A DNA stretch of 64,000 bases from Azolla caroliniana (GCA_043228905.1 JBHGNT010000004.1:8556001-8620000), one strand, 5' to 3'; shown: positions 11,227 through 23,487, numbered from the stretch's first letter. Made by a program: numbers and translations. Notes: a model not told the origin generated them from the sequence alone.

Positions 11227-12648
11227 TGTGTAATGTGAGCTTTGCCGGTTTCCTCAATCGGCCTTGCTGGATCTGGATTTGTTGGAATCGGTGCACTTCT
11301 TCCAACACTTGTTCTCTCTATGGCCCTTCTAGCCACAATACCAATAGTCTGTCATAGTCTTCTCTTGCTGGTTTCCGGCGCCGGTTTGACTCCCCCTACT
11401 TGTGGAGGGTCTGGAACTGTTGTCGGCACCATCCTCATGCCTCCGATTCTACTCTTGTCGGCCTCCTCCACCGTGTACGGATCCACCTCGTGCGCCACGA
11501 CCATGCGGCCAATCCGCCTCCACGTACAACATTCGGTTGTCGGTGTGGGTGCTCATTGATGCATCTGCGTGGTTCTCCTCTACTAGGAGCGTCGATTGTA
11601 AGTCGAAAAACAAAGGCGTATTCTCCCTTGTATAGATCGCCATCCGGAATGCTCCGAACTTTGACTCCAGGCCCTCGAGACAAACCTGCACCATCTCATC
11701 TTCCTCGATGGTTACGTTGATAGAGGCATGTGAGTCCCAGATGTCTTTGCTCCGGGCCATATAATCGGCCACCGACATGTCCTTCTATCGGACATTGCTC
11801 AACTCTTGTCGGAGTTGTAGCTTTTGGGCTGTGGTGCTTGTGGCGAAGACCTTCTTTAGGTTTCCACAAGCTTCCTTCAGCGTCTTGGCGTCCCGGATAT
11901 GGCTCAATAGCTGATCGCCAACACTGGACATGAAGCAGTAGATAACTTTGCTTGCCACTTGTTCCCAACTCGGGAAGTCCCCGTGTGCTGCATAAGGCAC
12001 CGTATCGTTGGCTCCGTCGACATAGCTCCAATAGCCATGCCTGAGCAGGTACTAGTGCATCTTGTATGACCAAGATGCGTAGTTGGATTTTGTCGAGCTT
12101 CACCGTCGAGAGCGAGCAAGTCATTCCTCGGTCCATATCCTTTTTCTGTCTGTTCTTTACCGGGTGTTAGGGTTTTTCTTTGGAAATCGCTCGTCAGCTG
12201 TAGAGGTTCTCAACCCTCGTGCTCTGATACCATGTAAAAGTTAATATGTGGAAGCTTTGACAAAACCGGTTACACCGGATAGCAACAGAGAATAAAGACA
12301 GGTTTAATGGAACCTTAAAATACACGGGGGAGACAGAGAGAGCAGAACAGTAAAACTTAATTCAAAACAATAGCACTCTGTGAGCACTTTTATACAAGTC
12401 TTTAAAAGGATTGACAGAAGTGGTGACAAGTACTTCAATGCTCATACGAATGATTGACACTGACTCCCAAAAATATGCCTATGTACTAGGCTAGATTCAT
12501 AGGCCTCTAACGGCCTGCCGGTTACAATCCGATCCAGCTCTTGGTTCCGGATACCATTGGGACACCGATCCGGTTCTCCGTTCCAGATACCGATCCGGCT
12601 CTGGCTTATTTAGCCGATCCGGATCCGGTTGAGCTTTTCCGCTCAACA
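11227..12648 (-). mobile_element. Truncated Copia D: 5' LTR 12233-12648, Met PBS 12221-12232, degenerate gag 12136-11227
   Basis: Minus-strand LTR TGTTGAGCGG...TTTTACA is followed by TGGTATCAGAGC. The gag starts MDRGM..KLD and is homologous to F. It sits in the 3' extension of E. Confidence 0.88.
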
Positions 12649-15450
12649 TCCTCTACTGAATCGGTTGTCTCCGATTTGTCTTCTTTCAGGCCCTTGATCA
12701 CATCTAACCACGTTCTGGTCTTGGCCTTCACCTTTAGGTCGGCTTTGCCCTTCTTGGCTCTACTGTCTGTCTTGGCTTTCTCAACTCTGACTCCCCCTTT
12801 TTTGGTTAGTTCTGGCTTTGGCTCTTTCCTCCGACTGCTCCCCCTGCAACTAGTTGATCTCCAAGTGGCTGCTCCTCTTCTACTTGTCTTCATGTCTGAT
12901 GTGTCCTCAACTTCTTCAGCTGATCCGGATGTCCCATCAACTTTTTCAACTACCGATTCGACTTTCTAGACATCATCTCTCTCCATCTTTCCGGCTTCAC
13001 TCCCCCTCCTCAAGTTCGGCATGTCGAGATGCTGTAAGCCAAGCATGCTCAAAAAATACGGCAACTTGTCAAGACCGAGAGGTTTGATAAAGATGTCGAC
13101 AACTTGCCAATCGATGGGAAGATATTGAAGTTCCACTTCTTCTGAGAGTACTCGCTCACGGACAAAATGGTAATGAACCTGAATGTGCTTCATCTGGGCA
13201 TGGAAGATGGGGTTCTTGGCGAGTTGGATGCTGCTGAGGTTGTCGCAGTATATCACTGTCGGTTCAGACACCTCCACATGCAGATCCTTCAAGAGCCTAT
13301 TAAGCCAGATGGGTTTGCATGTCGTGACAACCGCTCCTTAGTATTCGGCCTCAGTACTTGAGAATGCCATTGTCGGCTGCTTCTTATTGCTCTAGGCGAT
13401 CGCGACGCTTCCCAATGAAAATGCAAACCTTGATGTAGACCTACGATCGCTAGCATTTCTGGTCCAATCGGTATCTGTGTGGCAGAGCAATTCTTGAGCT
13501 ACACTGGCCCGATACCGAAACACCATGTCCTTAGTGCCACTGGCATATCTCAAGATTCTTTGTGTGCACTAAAGGTGTTCGACGGTTGGTTGTGAAATGA
13601 ATTGACTGATTAGTCCGATGGGATAGCTGAGGTCCAGTTGGGTGATAATCAAGTATATTAGGCTTCCGACTATCTGTCGGAATCAGGTCGGATCACACGC
13701 CATTCCTGATTCGGGGTGAAGCTTAACATTCTGGTCTAGAGGAGTCCACACGGATTTGCCATCTGTCATTTTGAATTTGAAGAGCATACTCAACACATAG
13801 TGCCTTTGATTGATTAGTATGCCTTCGGGGATGCAAATCACTTTGATACTGAGGAAGTAATGAAGGTCCCCCAGATCCTTCATGTCGAATGATGTGGTTA
13901 GCTGAGACTTCATGTGATTTATTTCTTCCAGATCGACGATGACCAAGTCATCGACATACAGTAGAATACTTACCGGCCCATTCCGACCAGCCGGATGAAC
14001 AATGAAGAGTCCGATTTTGACGTGGCAAACCCCATCTGACACAGTTATGTGATCTTCGCGTTCTAAGCACGTGGGGCTTGCTGTCCGTAGAGGGACTTCT
14101 TCAGTCGACAAACGACTGATGTGTTCAATTGAGACTGAAATCCAGGAGGTTGCACCATATACACCTGTTCCTCAAGATCTCCTTGTAGGAACACGTTCTT
14201 GACATCCATATGGTGCAGATGCCATCCCTTTGCCATGACTACTACTAGCAAGACACGGATGTTCGTCATCTTCGCAAACGATGCAAACGTCTCATCGTAA
14301 TCGATGCCACGTTGTTGCACATAGCCCTTTGCTACCAATATGGCCTTGTACCGATTGACGGAGCCATCGGCGTTGTAGACCTTGTACACCCACCTGGATC
14401 CGATCGGCTTCACACCCTTGGGGGCGTCAACTAGATCCCATGTTTCATTCTCCACCAATGCGCGCATCTCTCCCTCCATAGCAACACACCAATTCGCGAC
14501 CTTGGCTGCCTCGCATAGCTCACCAGCTCACGCACCTCCGCCACATAATGGTGCACCATATAGTTGTTGTACATGTACCGAACAACATGGTTCTTTTGGC
14601 GGGTTCATCGGTGCAACCTCTGGTTTGCCGATTTAATAGTCCTCTTGGCTCAGGAGGTCCATCTTCACTCTGGGCCGCTTTGGATTCACTCCGATCCAAA
14701 GCACCAGCCTCTGTGCTGTATTCCAACATCTTCATCTTCCCTTTCTCTTTGCTTGTAAACCGTCTCCTCGGTTTTCGGTGTGGGGATTGCACGACCGAGT
14801 CTTTGTTACTTGCCGGTTCTTTATCCAACTAACCTTTTTGGCTCAACCTGTCATTCGACCCACTTAGCCGGAATGAGATGAGACTCTCTACTAGATTTCC
14901 AATTTCTTCTTCATCTAGGAGGTCAACCTCACTGATCTCTTCCTTAACAATTGTTTCGGCGTCTTCAGGGGTAGGAGACGGAAGGGAGTACCAAGACGAT
15001 GATTCGTCAAAGACAACATCATGACTCACTCTTATTTGCTTTAGCCGGCAGTTGTAGCACTTGTACCCCTTCTACTCGTGAGAGTCACCGATCAAGACAC
15101 ATTTCTCGGCCTTGGCATCCAACTTTCTGCACTTCTCGTCTAACACATACACATAAGCAATACTACTGAACACCCTGAGATGTCCTAGATTCGGCTTGGG
15201 CCCGAAATATAGCTCATGAGGCGACATCTTTGCTCCAGAGGCAGAATTCCGATTCTGAATATAGGCCATCCGGATAGCTTCGATCCAATAGCTCCTGGGC
15301 ATGCTCTTCTCCTCTAGCATTGCCATGGTTACTTCTACCATTGTCTGGTTCCGTCTCTCAGCCATCCTATTCTACTCTGGCGTGTATCTGTAGGAGAACT
15401 CCCTCCGGATTCCCTTTGTCTGCAAATAGCTGGTGAACTGACTGGAAAAG

Positions 15451-15845
15451 TGTTGAGAGACAAGCTCAACATCGCCCGGTTCGGCTGAAGAAGCCGAGGA
15501 CCGGATCGGTTGGGACCGATCGGTTAGGCCGAGTGCGTAAATCGGGAGGTCGTTAGGAAAGATATTCTGTGAGGAATATATTTGGGAGTTAGTGTAGGAG
15601 CTCTTGATGAGCATTGAAGTACTGTCAGTACTTCGGTCAGTCCTTCTAGGACTTGTATAAAAGTGTTCACTGAGCACGTCTTATGTACAAACTGAGTATT
15701 ATTGTTGAATATAGTTTTTTGTGTCTTCTCTCTCACTCTCTCTGTCTCTCCCGCGTATACTGTGTAAGCTCAAGCTCTCCATTGAACCTGAGTTTCCTTC
15801 CTTCTGTTCGGTCTTCATACTTGCTTCCGCACGTTACTTTCTACA
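15451..15845 (+). repeat. 5' LTR of Copia F
   Basis: TGTTGAGAGA...TTTCTACA, immediately followed by the PBS. Confidence 0.96.
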
Positions 15846-15917
15846 TGGTATCAGAGCGCGAGGGTTGAGAACCTCTCTGCAGCCGACATAGCTTGATGAA
15901 GAAGTACGAGAAGAACG

Positions 15918-18900
15918 ATGGATAGAGGCATGGCGAGCTCACTTCCAACAGAGAAGCTCGACAGAACCAACTACGTGTCTTGGTCCTACAAGATGCACCA
16001 GTACCTGCTCGGGCACGGCTACTGGAGTTATGTCGAAAGAGCTAATGACGCGGCACCTGAATCGACACACAGAGACTTCCCGTCGTGGGAGCAATCGGCG
16101 AGCAGGGTATTGTACTGCTTCGCGTCGTGTGTGGGCGAACAACTATTGAGCTATGTTCGGGATGCAAAGACGCCGAAGGGTGCGTGGGAAAATCTGAAGA
16201 AGATTTTCGCCACGAGCACCGCGGCCAGGAAGCTTCAGCTCCGACAGGAGTTGAGCAACCTACGACAACGCGACTTGTCGGTGGCGGACTATACCTCGAA
16301 GATTAAGGATATCTACGACTCCCTCGCCTCCATAGAGGTGAACATTGAGGAGAGTGAGATGGTCCAGATCTGTCTCGGAGGTTTGGCGTCGAAGTTCGGA
16401 GCGTTCCGAACAGGTGTGTGTACCTGGGAGAATACGCCGTCCTTCTTTGACTTACAGTCAATGCTGCTGGTAGAGGAGAACCACGCGGGTGTGTCTACAA
16501 GCACGCACACCGACAACAGAATGTTGTACACGGAGGGAGATAGGCCCCGTGGACGTGGAGGACGAGGTGAGTTGGCGCGCAATGGAGGCGGCCGACGAGA
16601 TCAGGGAAGAAGGCACCGAAGTGATGCCGACAGCAACTCCGGACCCTTCGGAAACATGGGGAGTCGAAGCGATGAGAACCGGCAAGGGAAGTCCATCGTG
16701 GAGTGCTGGTATTGTGGCAAGAAAGGCCACAGGGAAAGTGAGTGCTGGAAGAAGCGCGCTGATTCGGAGAGAACTGGTTCCGGGAACGGCTCCAAACATA
16801 CCGACAAGGGAAATCGGCAGCGATCGCACTACGCCGAAGACTCTGGGAGAGCCGGAGAAGGGTTTGTCTTCGTGACGAGACACGAAGTAAACTCAATAAA
16901 GCGACCACCCCGAGATCGGACGAGGTGTGGTACGTAGACTCCGGCGCGTCAAACCACATGACGAGCCATAAGGAGTGGTTCTCGTACCTTGAAAAACCGA
17001 TACAACCTGGAGTAGTCGCAACTGGAGACGACACTCCGCATCCGATCGCGAATGTCGGAGAAGTTCCCCTTAGCCATGTCGGGCAGAAAGGGAAACTCAT
17101 GAACGTGCTACACGTCCCGACAATCACGAAAAACTTGGTCTCGGTCGGACAGATCGTCGACCAAGGGATGGAGGTTCGGTTTACACACCTTGGGTGCTTC
17201 ATTGAGGAAGAAGGCCATGTGATTGCGCAAGGGCGCAGAGACGGGAGGACGTTCATCCTCGACTCCACTGACAGCGGCACCGCAATGTTCGCGAAGGGAC
17301 AAAAGACCGAGTCGGACATCGACTTGTGGCACAAGCGGATAGGCCATGTCAACCACCAACGTCTTCAAGATCTGCAATCGAAACAGGTAGTGTTCGGATT
17401 GCCCAAGTTTAGTGGCCGAAAGGCACAAATTTGTGAAGCCTGCCAGCTCGGGAAGCAACACCGACTTCCTTTCCCCAACGAGCGAAACCGGAGCCGGAAT
17501 AAACTCGACCTTATACACTCCGATGTGTGGGGGCCGGCACAAAACATTAAGTCTTGGCGGGAGCCGATATTTCGTCTCCTTCATCGACGACCACACGCGG
17601 CACACGTGGATCTACCTCATTGAGAGGAAGAGCGAAGTCTTCGACTGTTTCCGGGACCTCAAAGGGTTCGTGGAAGCCGAAACGGGACGAAAGGTCAAGT
17701 ACCTGCGGTCGGATGGCGGGAAAGAGTACTTTTCCGGTCAATTCAACGGTTACCTACAACAAATGGGAATTCGCCGCGAATTCAGTTGTAGATACACGCC
17801 AGAGCAGAACGGCGTGGCCGAGAGAAAGAATCGGTCAGTTGTGGAAGAGGCACATGCAATGCTGGAGGAGAAGAGCTTGCCCAAGTTCTACTGGGCCGAG
17901 GCGGTAAGGACCGCGGTATACATCCAAAACCGGATCGGAGACAAAGTGTCGGCGCACGAGCTATATATCGGAACGAAGCCGAACTTGCGACACTTGAGGG
18001 TGTTCGGTAGCATTGCGTATGTGCATGTACCGAAGGAGAAAAGGAGGAAGCTGGACGCAAAGGCCGAGAAGTGCATCTTGGTCGGTTACTCGGACGAGCA
18101 GAAGGGTTATAAGTGCTATAACCCTCGCACCAAACAAGCGCGTGTTAGCCGCGACATTGTGTTTGATGAGTCCGCGTCCTGGTACCTGCCCCCGACTCCG
18201 AACCCTGCCCCCAATCCGAGCTCTGACGATGAGGTCAGCGAGGCCGAGATGCCTCCGGATGAGCCCGAAATCGAGACCCGCGAAGAGAGTCCGATTTCAC
18301 TCCGGTTAAGTGGACCAATTGGACGACTGAGTCGGTACGACCAGTCTGATGAAGAGCCGGCGAGTAGTGGAGACTCGGCCTTGCATTCCCCGCGCAGGAA
18401 GCCGAGAAGACGGCTTACGCGCAAAGAGAAAGGGAAGAAGAAGGTGTCGGATTCCGGCACGGATAGGAACGAGTTAGACCGACGCGAGTCCGACTCCGAG
18501 GGAACCGGTGACGGGTGTTTAAAGGTGAAGACCGCGTTGACCGAGAAGGCCTCGACATCGGCTAATGTGAGATTACGCCGATCTACCCGCCAGAAGAATC
18601 CTGTTTTGCGGTTCGGATACAACGAGTACATGGCGCATCATTATGCGTACATGACCCGTGTCGCGGAAGTGCGTGAGCCGGAGAGCTACGTAGAAGCGGC
18701 TAAAGACGCGAATTGGCGTGCCGCGATGGAGGAAGAGATGCACGCATTGGTGGAGAACGAGACCTGGGACCTGGTTGACGCACCGAAGGGGGTAAAACCG
18801 ATCGGTTGTAGGTGGGTGTACAAGGTCAAGTACAACACCGATGGCTTGGTCAACCGGTACAAGGCTCGGCTAGTGGCAAAGGGCTACGCGCAGAAACACG

Positions 18901-20744
18901 GCATCGACTACGATGAGACGTTTGCGCCGGTTGCGAAAATGACGACGGTCCGTGTTTTGCTCGCAGTAGCCGTGGCCAAGGGGTGGCACCTACATCAAAT
19001 GGATGTAAAGAATGCGTTCTTGCAAGGTGACCTTGAGGAACAAGTGTACATGGTACAACCCCCCGGATTTCACTCCGGAACGAACTCCTCGGCAGTATGC
19101 CGACTGAAGAAGTCCCTTTATGGACTGAAGCAAGCCCCGCGTGCCTGGAACACGAAGATCACGCAACAACTGCGTCGGATGGGCTTCGTCACGACAGAAT
19201 CAGACTCTTCCCTATTCATCCGGAAAGGTCGACTCGGACCGGTTAGTATTTTACTATATGTTGATGACTTGGTCATCACCGACGTCGACCTAGGTGAAAT
19301 CGACTGCGTGAAGCTCCAGCTTGCGGCATCATTCGACATGAAGGATCTGGGGGACCTTCTTTACTTCCTCGGGATCGAAGTGATCCGTACCCCCGAAGGC
19401 ATATTGATCAGCCAACGTCATTACGTGCTGGGTATGCTCTTCAAACTCGAGATGGCCGACTGTAAGTCCGTCTCGACTCCTCTGGACAGAACCGTCAAGC
19501 TTTGTCCCTATACGGGAAAGGTATGCGACCCGACGAGGTTCCGACAAATTGTCGGAAGCCTCATATACTTGACCATCACCCGACCCGACCTCAGTTATCC
19601 GGTCGGGGTGATCAGTTAGTTCATGGCGCGACCTACCGAGGAGCACCTTCAGTGTGCGCAACGCGTACTTCGGTACGTAAGCGGCACTAAGGACCGCGGA
19701 CTACTCTATCGGACCGGTGCAGCCGCGTAGTTAGTCGGCTACACCGATGCTGATTGGGCTGGCAACGCCGTCGATCGCCGATCCACGTCTGGATACGCGT
19801 TCTCCCTCGGGAGTGCTGCGATCGTGTGGAGCAGTAAGAAGCAGCCGACAGTTGCACTGTCGAGCACCGAAGCCGAGTACCGAGGAGCGGCTGTCGCGAC
19901 ATGCGAAGTCATATGGTTGAAGCGGCTACTTAAGGACCTGCAAGAGGAGGTGACCGATCCAACGACGATCTACTGCGACAACCTCAGCAGCATCCAACTC
20001 GCGAAGAACCCAGTCTTCCACGCACGGACCAAGCACATTGAGGTGCACTACCATTTCGTCCGTGAGCGTGTCCTTTCCGGTGAAGTCGAACTTCAGTACG
20101 TTCCGACGGATCGGCAGACTGCCGACATATTCACCAAGCCTCTTGGTCTGGACAAGTTGCGGCAATTCTCAGGTGCGCTCGGATTGCGTCACCTTGACGT
20201 GCCGAACTTGAGGGGGAGAACAGTCCTGAACGACCAAGCAAGGCAACAGGAAAGGAGCGGAGACCGCGACACCGAGTCGGTTGACAAGTTCGACTTCGGA
20301 TCGGCTGAAGAAGCCGAGGGCGGACCCACGGAAAAGTCCGGAAGCAGACAGAAGGGGAGCAACCGAAGGAGAGAGCCGAAGCCAACCACGCATGGGGAAG
20401 ATGACGCCATCGAAGGCGAGAAGACCGAAGACGAGTTGGAGACAACCAACTTGGACGAGAGCGAAAATCGATCGGAGGTAGCCGAGTCGGTTCGGATGTT
20501 TGATTCAGACACGTTGAATCAACCGAGGCCCAAGTGGAAGAAAAGGCAGCAGAAGAAGTGTCGACACCGCAACAGCAGAAGAGCTGATAAGGGCCGCATG
20601 AGTAGACAAGCCGACCGGAAGGGTCGAAGCGCGCGGAGTCGAACAAGTCGAGGAGCGCGAGCGAGGCGTGAAGCCAGGAGGAACCGGAGCTGTGAGCCCG
20701 AGGATCCCGAAGAGCCTCGAGTTGAGCTTGAGGGGGAGTGTTGA
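15918..20744 (+). pseudogene. gag-pol: Copia F gag-pol, near-intact (2 frameshifts at ~16900 and ~17548; CAG>TAG stops at 19617 and 19728), with a C-terminal extension after RNase H
   Basis: CWYCGKKGHRESEC; WYVDSGAS; WHKRIGH..CEAC; HSDVWGP; RSDGGKEY; QNGVAER; YVDDLV; EAEY; ADIFTK. The ORF continues ~175 aa past the canonical 'LRG' end. Confidence 0.93.
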
Positions 20745-21133
20745 GAGACAAGCTCAACATCGCCCGGTTCGGTTGAAGAAGCCGAGGATCGGATCGGTTG
20801 GGACCGATCGGTTAGGCCGAGTGCGTAAACCGGGAGGTCGTTAGGAAAGATATTCTGTGAGGAATATATTTGGGAGTTAGTGTAGGAGCTCTTGATGAGC
20901 ATTGAAGTATTGTCAGTACTTCGGTCAGTCCTTCTAGGACTTGTATAAAAGTGTTCACTGAGCACATCTTATGTACAGACTGAGTATTATTGTTGAATAT
21001 AGTTTTTTGTGTCTTCTCTCTCACTCTCTCTGTCTCTCCTGCGTATACCGTGTAAGCTCAAGCTCTCCATTGAACCTGAGTTTCCTTCCTTCTGTTCAGT
21101 TTTCATACTTGCTTCCGCACGTTACTTTCTACA
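20739..21133 (+). repeat. 3' LTR of Copia F
   Basis: Direct repeat of 15451-15845. Confidence 0.96.
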
Positions 21134-23487
21134 AAAAGTATTCTTTTCCGCCATCCAACCTTAGACACTTGATTTTCCTCTCTATTTCCCTTTCAATTAG
21201 ACTTTTCAGGTCCCGAAAACAGGAGAAGACTTCGCCCTTCTTCTCAATGACGTATACCCAAGTGTGCCGACTAAAGTCATCGATGAAGGAGACGAAATAT
21301 CAACTCCCCTATGCTCACACATCCGTGTGGATCAAATTGAGCTGATTCCGGCTTTGATTCTTCTCATTAGGGAATGGAAGCCTATGTTGCTTCTTGAGTT
21401 GGAAAGCTTCGCATACTTGGGCCTTCCGGCCATTGAACTTCGATAGTCTAGAAAGCACTTGTTTCGACTGCAGTTCATGAAGCTTCTGATAGTTGATGTG
21501 GCTGATCTGCTTGTGCCATAGGTCGATGTCAAATTCAACCTTATGTCCTTTTGCAAACATTGCAACATCAACGTCATTGGTCTCAAGGATAAACATCTTC
21601 CCGTCTCTACGCCCACATGCAATTTGCCGACCCTCGTCCTCAATGAAGCAACCGAGCTAATTGAATCGGACTTGCATGCCCTGATCGACAATTTGTCTGA
21701 CAGATACCAAGTTCTTTGCAATTGTTGGGACATGTAGCATGTTCCACATCAGCCCTTTTTGTCCGACATGGCTGAGCAATACATCACCCATTTGTTTGAT
21801 AGGGTGCGTGATGTTGTCACCAGTCTCGACAATTCCCGGATGTTCTGTTTTTACCAAGCTCAAGAACCATTCAACATGGTTCGTTATATGTTTGACAGTC
21901 CGGAATCAACTTACCAGACCTCTTTCGGTTTTGTGGTACGTACTCCCATCTAGTTTGCCTTGCGCTTCATCACAAGTGAGGGGCCAGTTTGGACTCGGTC
22001 TTCTTTCTCAGCGAAGTGGGATTGGTGACGTCTATCCGCTTCTCCTCAGCTCGATTCGGCTCTGTCCGAATCAACATGCTTTTTCCAATACTCGCTTTCT
22101 CTATGGCCCTTCCGACCATAGTACTAGCAGTCTGATGCCTTGACTCCCCCTGCTCATGGTGGGTCCAGAATTGTTATTGACATTTCTATTATGCCTTTGG
22201 TTCTGCTCTTGTCGGCCGCCTCCATTGTGTGCCGATCCAACTCGTCCACCACGACCACGGGGCCTCTCTACCTCCGTGTACAACATCTTGTTATCGACAT
22301 GCATGCTCGTGGATGCACCCGCGTGATTTTCTTCTACAAGCAACATTGATTGTAGCTCGAAGAACGGCGAGGTATTCTCTCTCGTGTAGACCGCCGTTCG
22401 GAATGATCCGAACTTCTCTGCCAGACCTCCGAGGCAAACCTGCACCTTCTTGTCCTCTTCAACTGTCACATTGATGGACCTGAGCGAGTCGCAGATCACC
22501 TTGGTCTTGGAGGTATAATTAGCCACTGACATATCTCTCCTTGATCCTTTGGCGTTTTGGCGTAATGGATGTAGCTAAGTAGCTGATCTCCAATGCTGGA
22601 TGTGAAGTAGTGCATAACTCTGCTTGCCGCGTGCTTCCAGGCCAAAAAGTCCATGTGTGTCACATCGGATGCTACATCATTCGCTCCTTCAACGTAACTC
22701 CAATATCCATGCTCGAGCAAGTATTGATGCATCTTGTAAGACCAAGATGCATAGTTGCTTCGATCGAGCTTCTCCATCGGAAGTGAGCTTCCCTTACCTT
22801 TGTCCATGTTCCTGTTGTTTGGGAGGAAACTCCTTGTCTCTGTGTTCATTCACTTTGTTAGCAACAAAGGGTTCTTCTAGCTCTCACGCTTTGATACCAT
22901 GTAAAAGATTATGTGTGGAAGCTATGTGGAAGACACAGAGTGCACAGTTGGTTATCCGGAAGTATAACAGTTAGGTAAACATAGACTAAGGGTGAGAGAG
23001 AGACAGAGTGAGAGCAGACAACAAGAAAACTTCCATTACGAAAATGATAACGTTTTGTTACATACTCAATGCTTAAGTGCACTTTATATATACATACCCA
23101 TATGTTGGGGCTATTATGAAGTATTGATATGTACTTCAATGCTCCTAAAAGAACATCTAACATTAATTTCCTACGTTCGACCTATTTAATAATAGGTCCA
23201 CTTAGCATGTGTGACGTTCCGGATGGTTTTCTCAACCGCTCCATCATTCGGTCCATCATTCAGGTGCGGTATCCGGCCTCTTCAGCCAATCCAGCATCTA
23301 GTCCGACATTCGGTCCATCATCTGGATCTGGTATCCAACTTCTTTAACCGATCCGGCATCCGATCCAAAACCCAGTACGAACTTTAGGCTTATTAGCCTA
23401 AGTGGGCCTAGCCAACCGGATTGATTTCGGTCTGGCCTACTTGCTTCTCTAGTTGGTCTGGCCAATGTTCAACTTTCTCGTTCAACA

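Larger units (their letters stand above)
15451..21133 (+). mobile_element. Full-length Ty1/Copia LTR retrotransposon F, inserted in the integrase of E
   Basis: 395-bp LTRs at 15451-15845 and 20739-21133 with ~10 differences by eye, all transitions. TSD AAAAG at 15446-15450 and 21134-21138. PBS TGGTATCAGAGC at 15846-15857 and PPT at 20731-20738. Confidence 0.97.
12649..23487 (-). mobile_element. Degenerate Copia E (same group as F): 5' LTR 22900-23487, PBS 22888-22899; split by F, 3' LTR missing
   Basis: gag from 22807, then protease and integrase N-terminus (21139-21900). Integrase core, RT and RNase H lie at 15445-13010. 'GGKEYFS|SQFTSYLQ' is rejoined across F with TSD AAAAG. Confidence 0.88.

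Noticed and set aside
16880-17560. Programmed frameshifts in F gag-pol
   Set aside because: Copia gag-pol is normally one frame, I see no slippery heptamer, and related copies do not share these breaks, so they are mutational indels.
15451-21133. Assigning the F group to the centromeric Bryco/RLC5 lineage
   Set aside because: The clustering is suggestive, but the PBS is the standard tRNA-iMet 3'-end type and the lineage cannot be fixed without an RT phylogeny.
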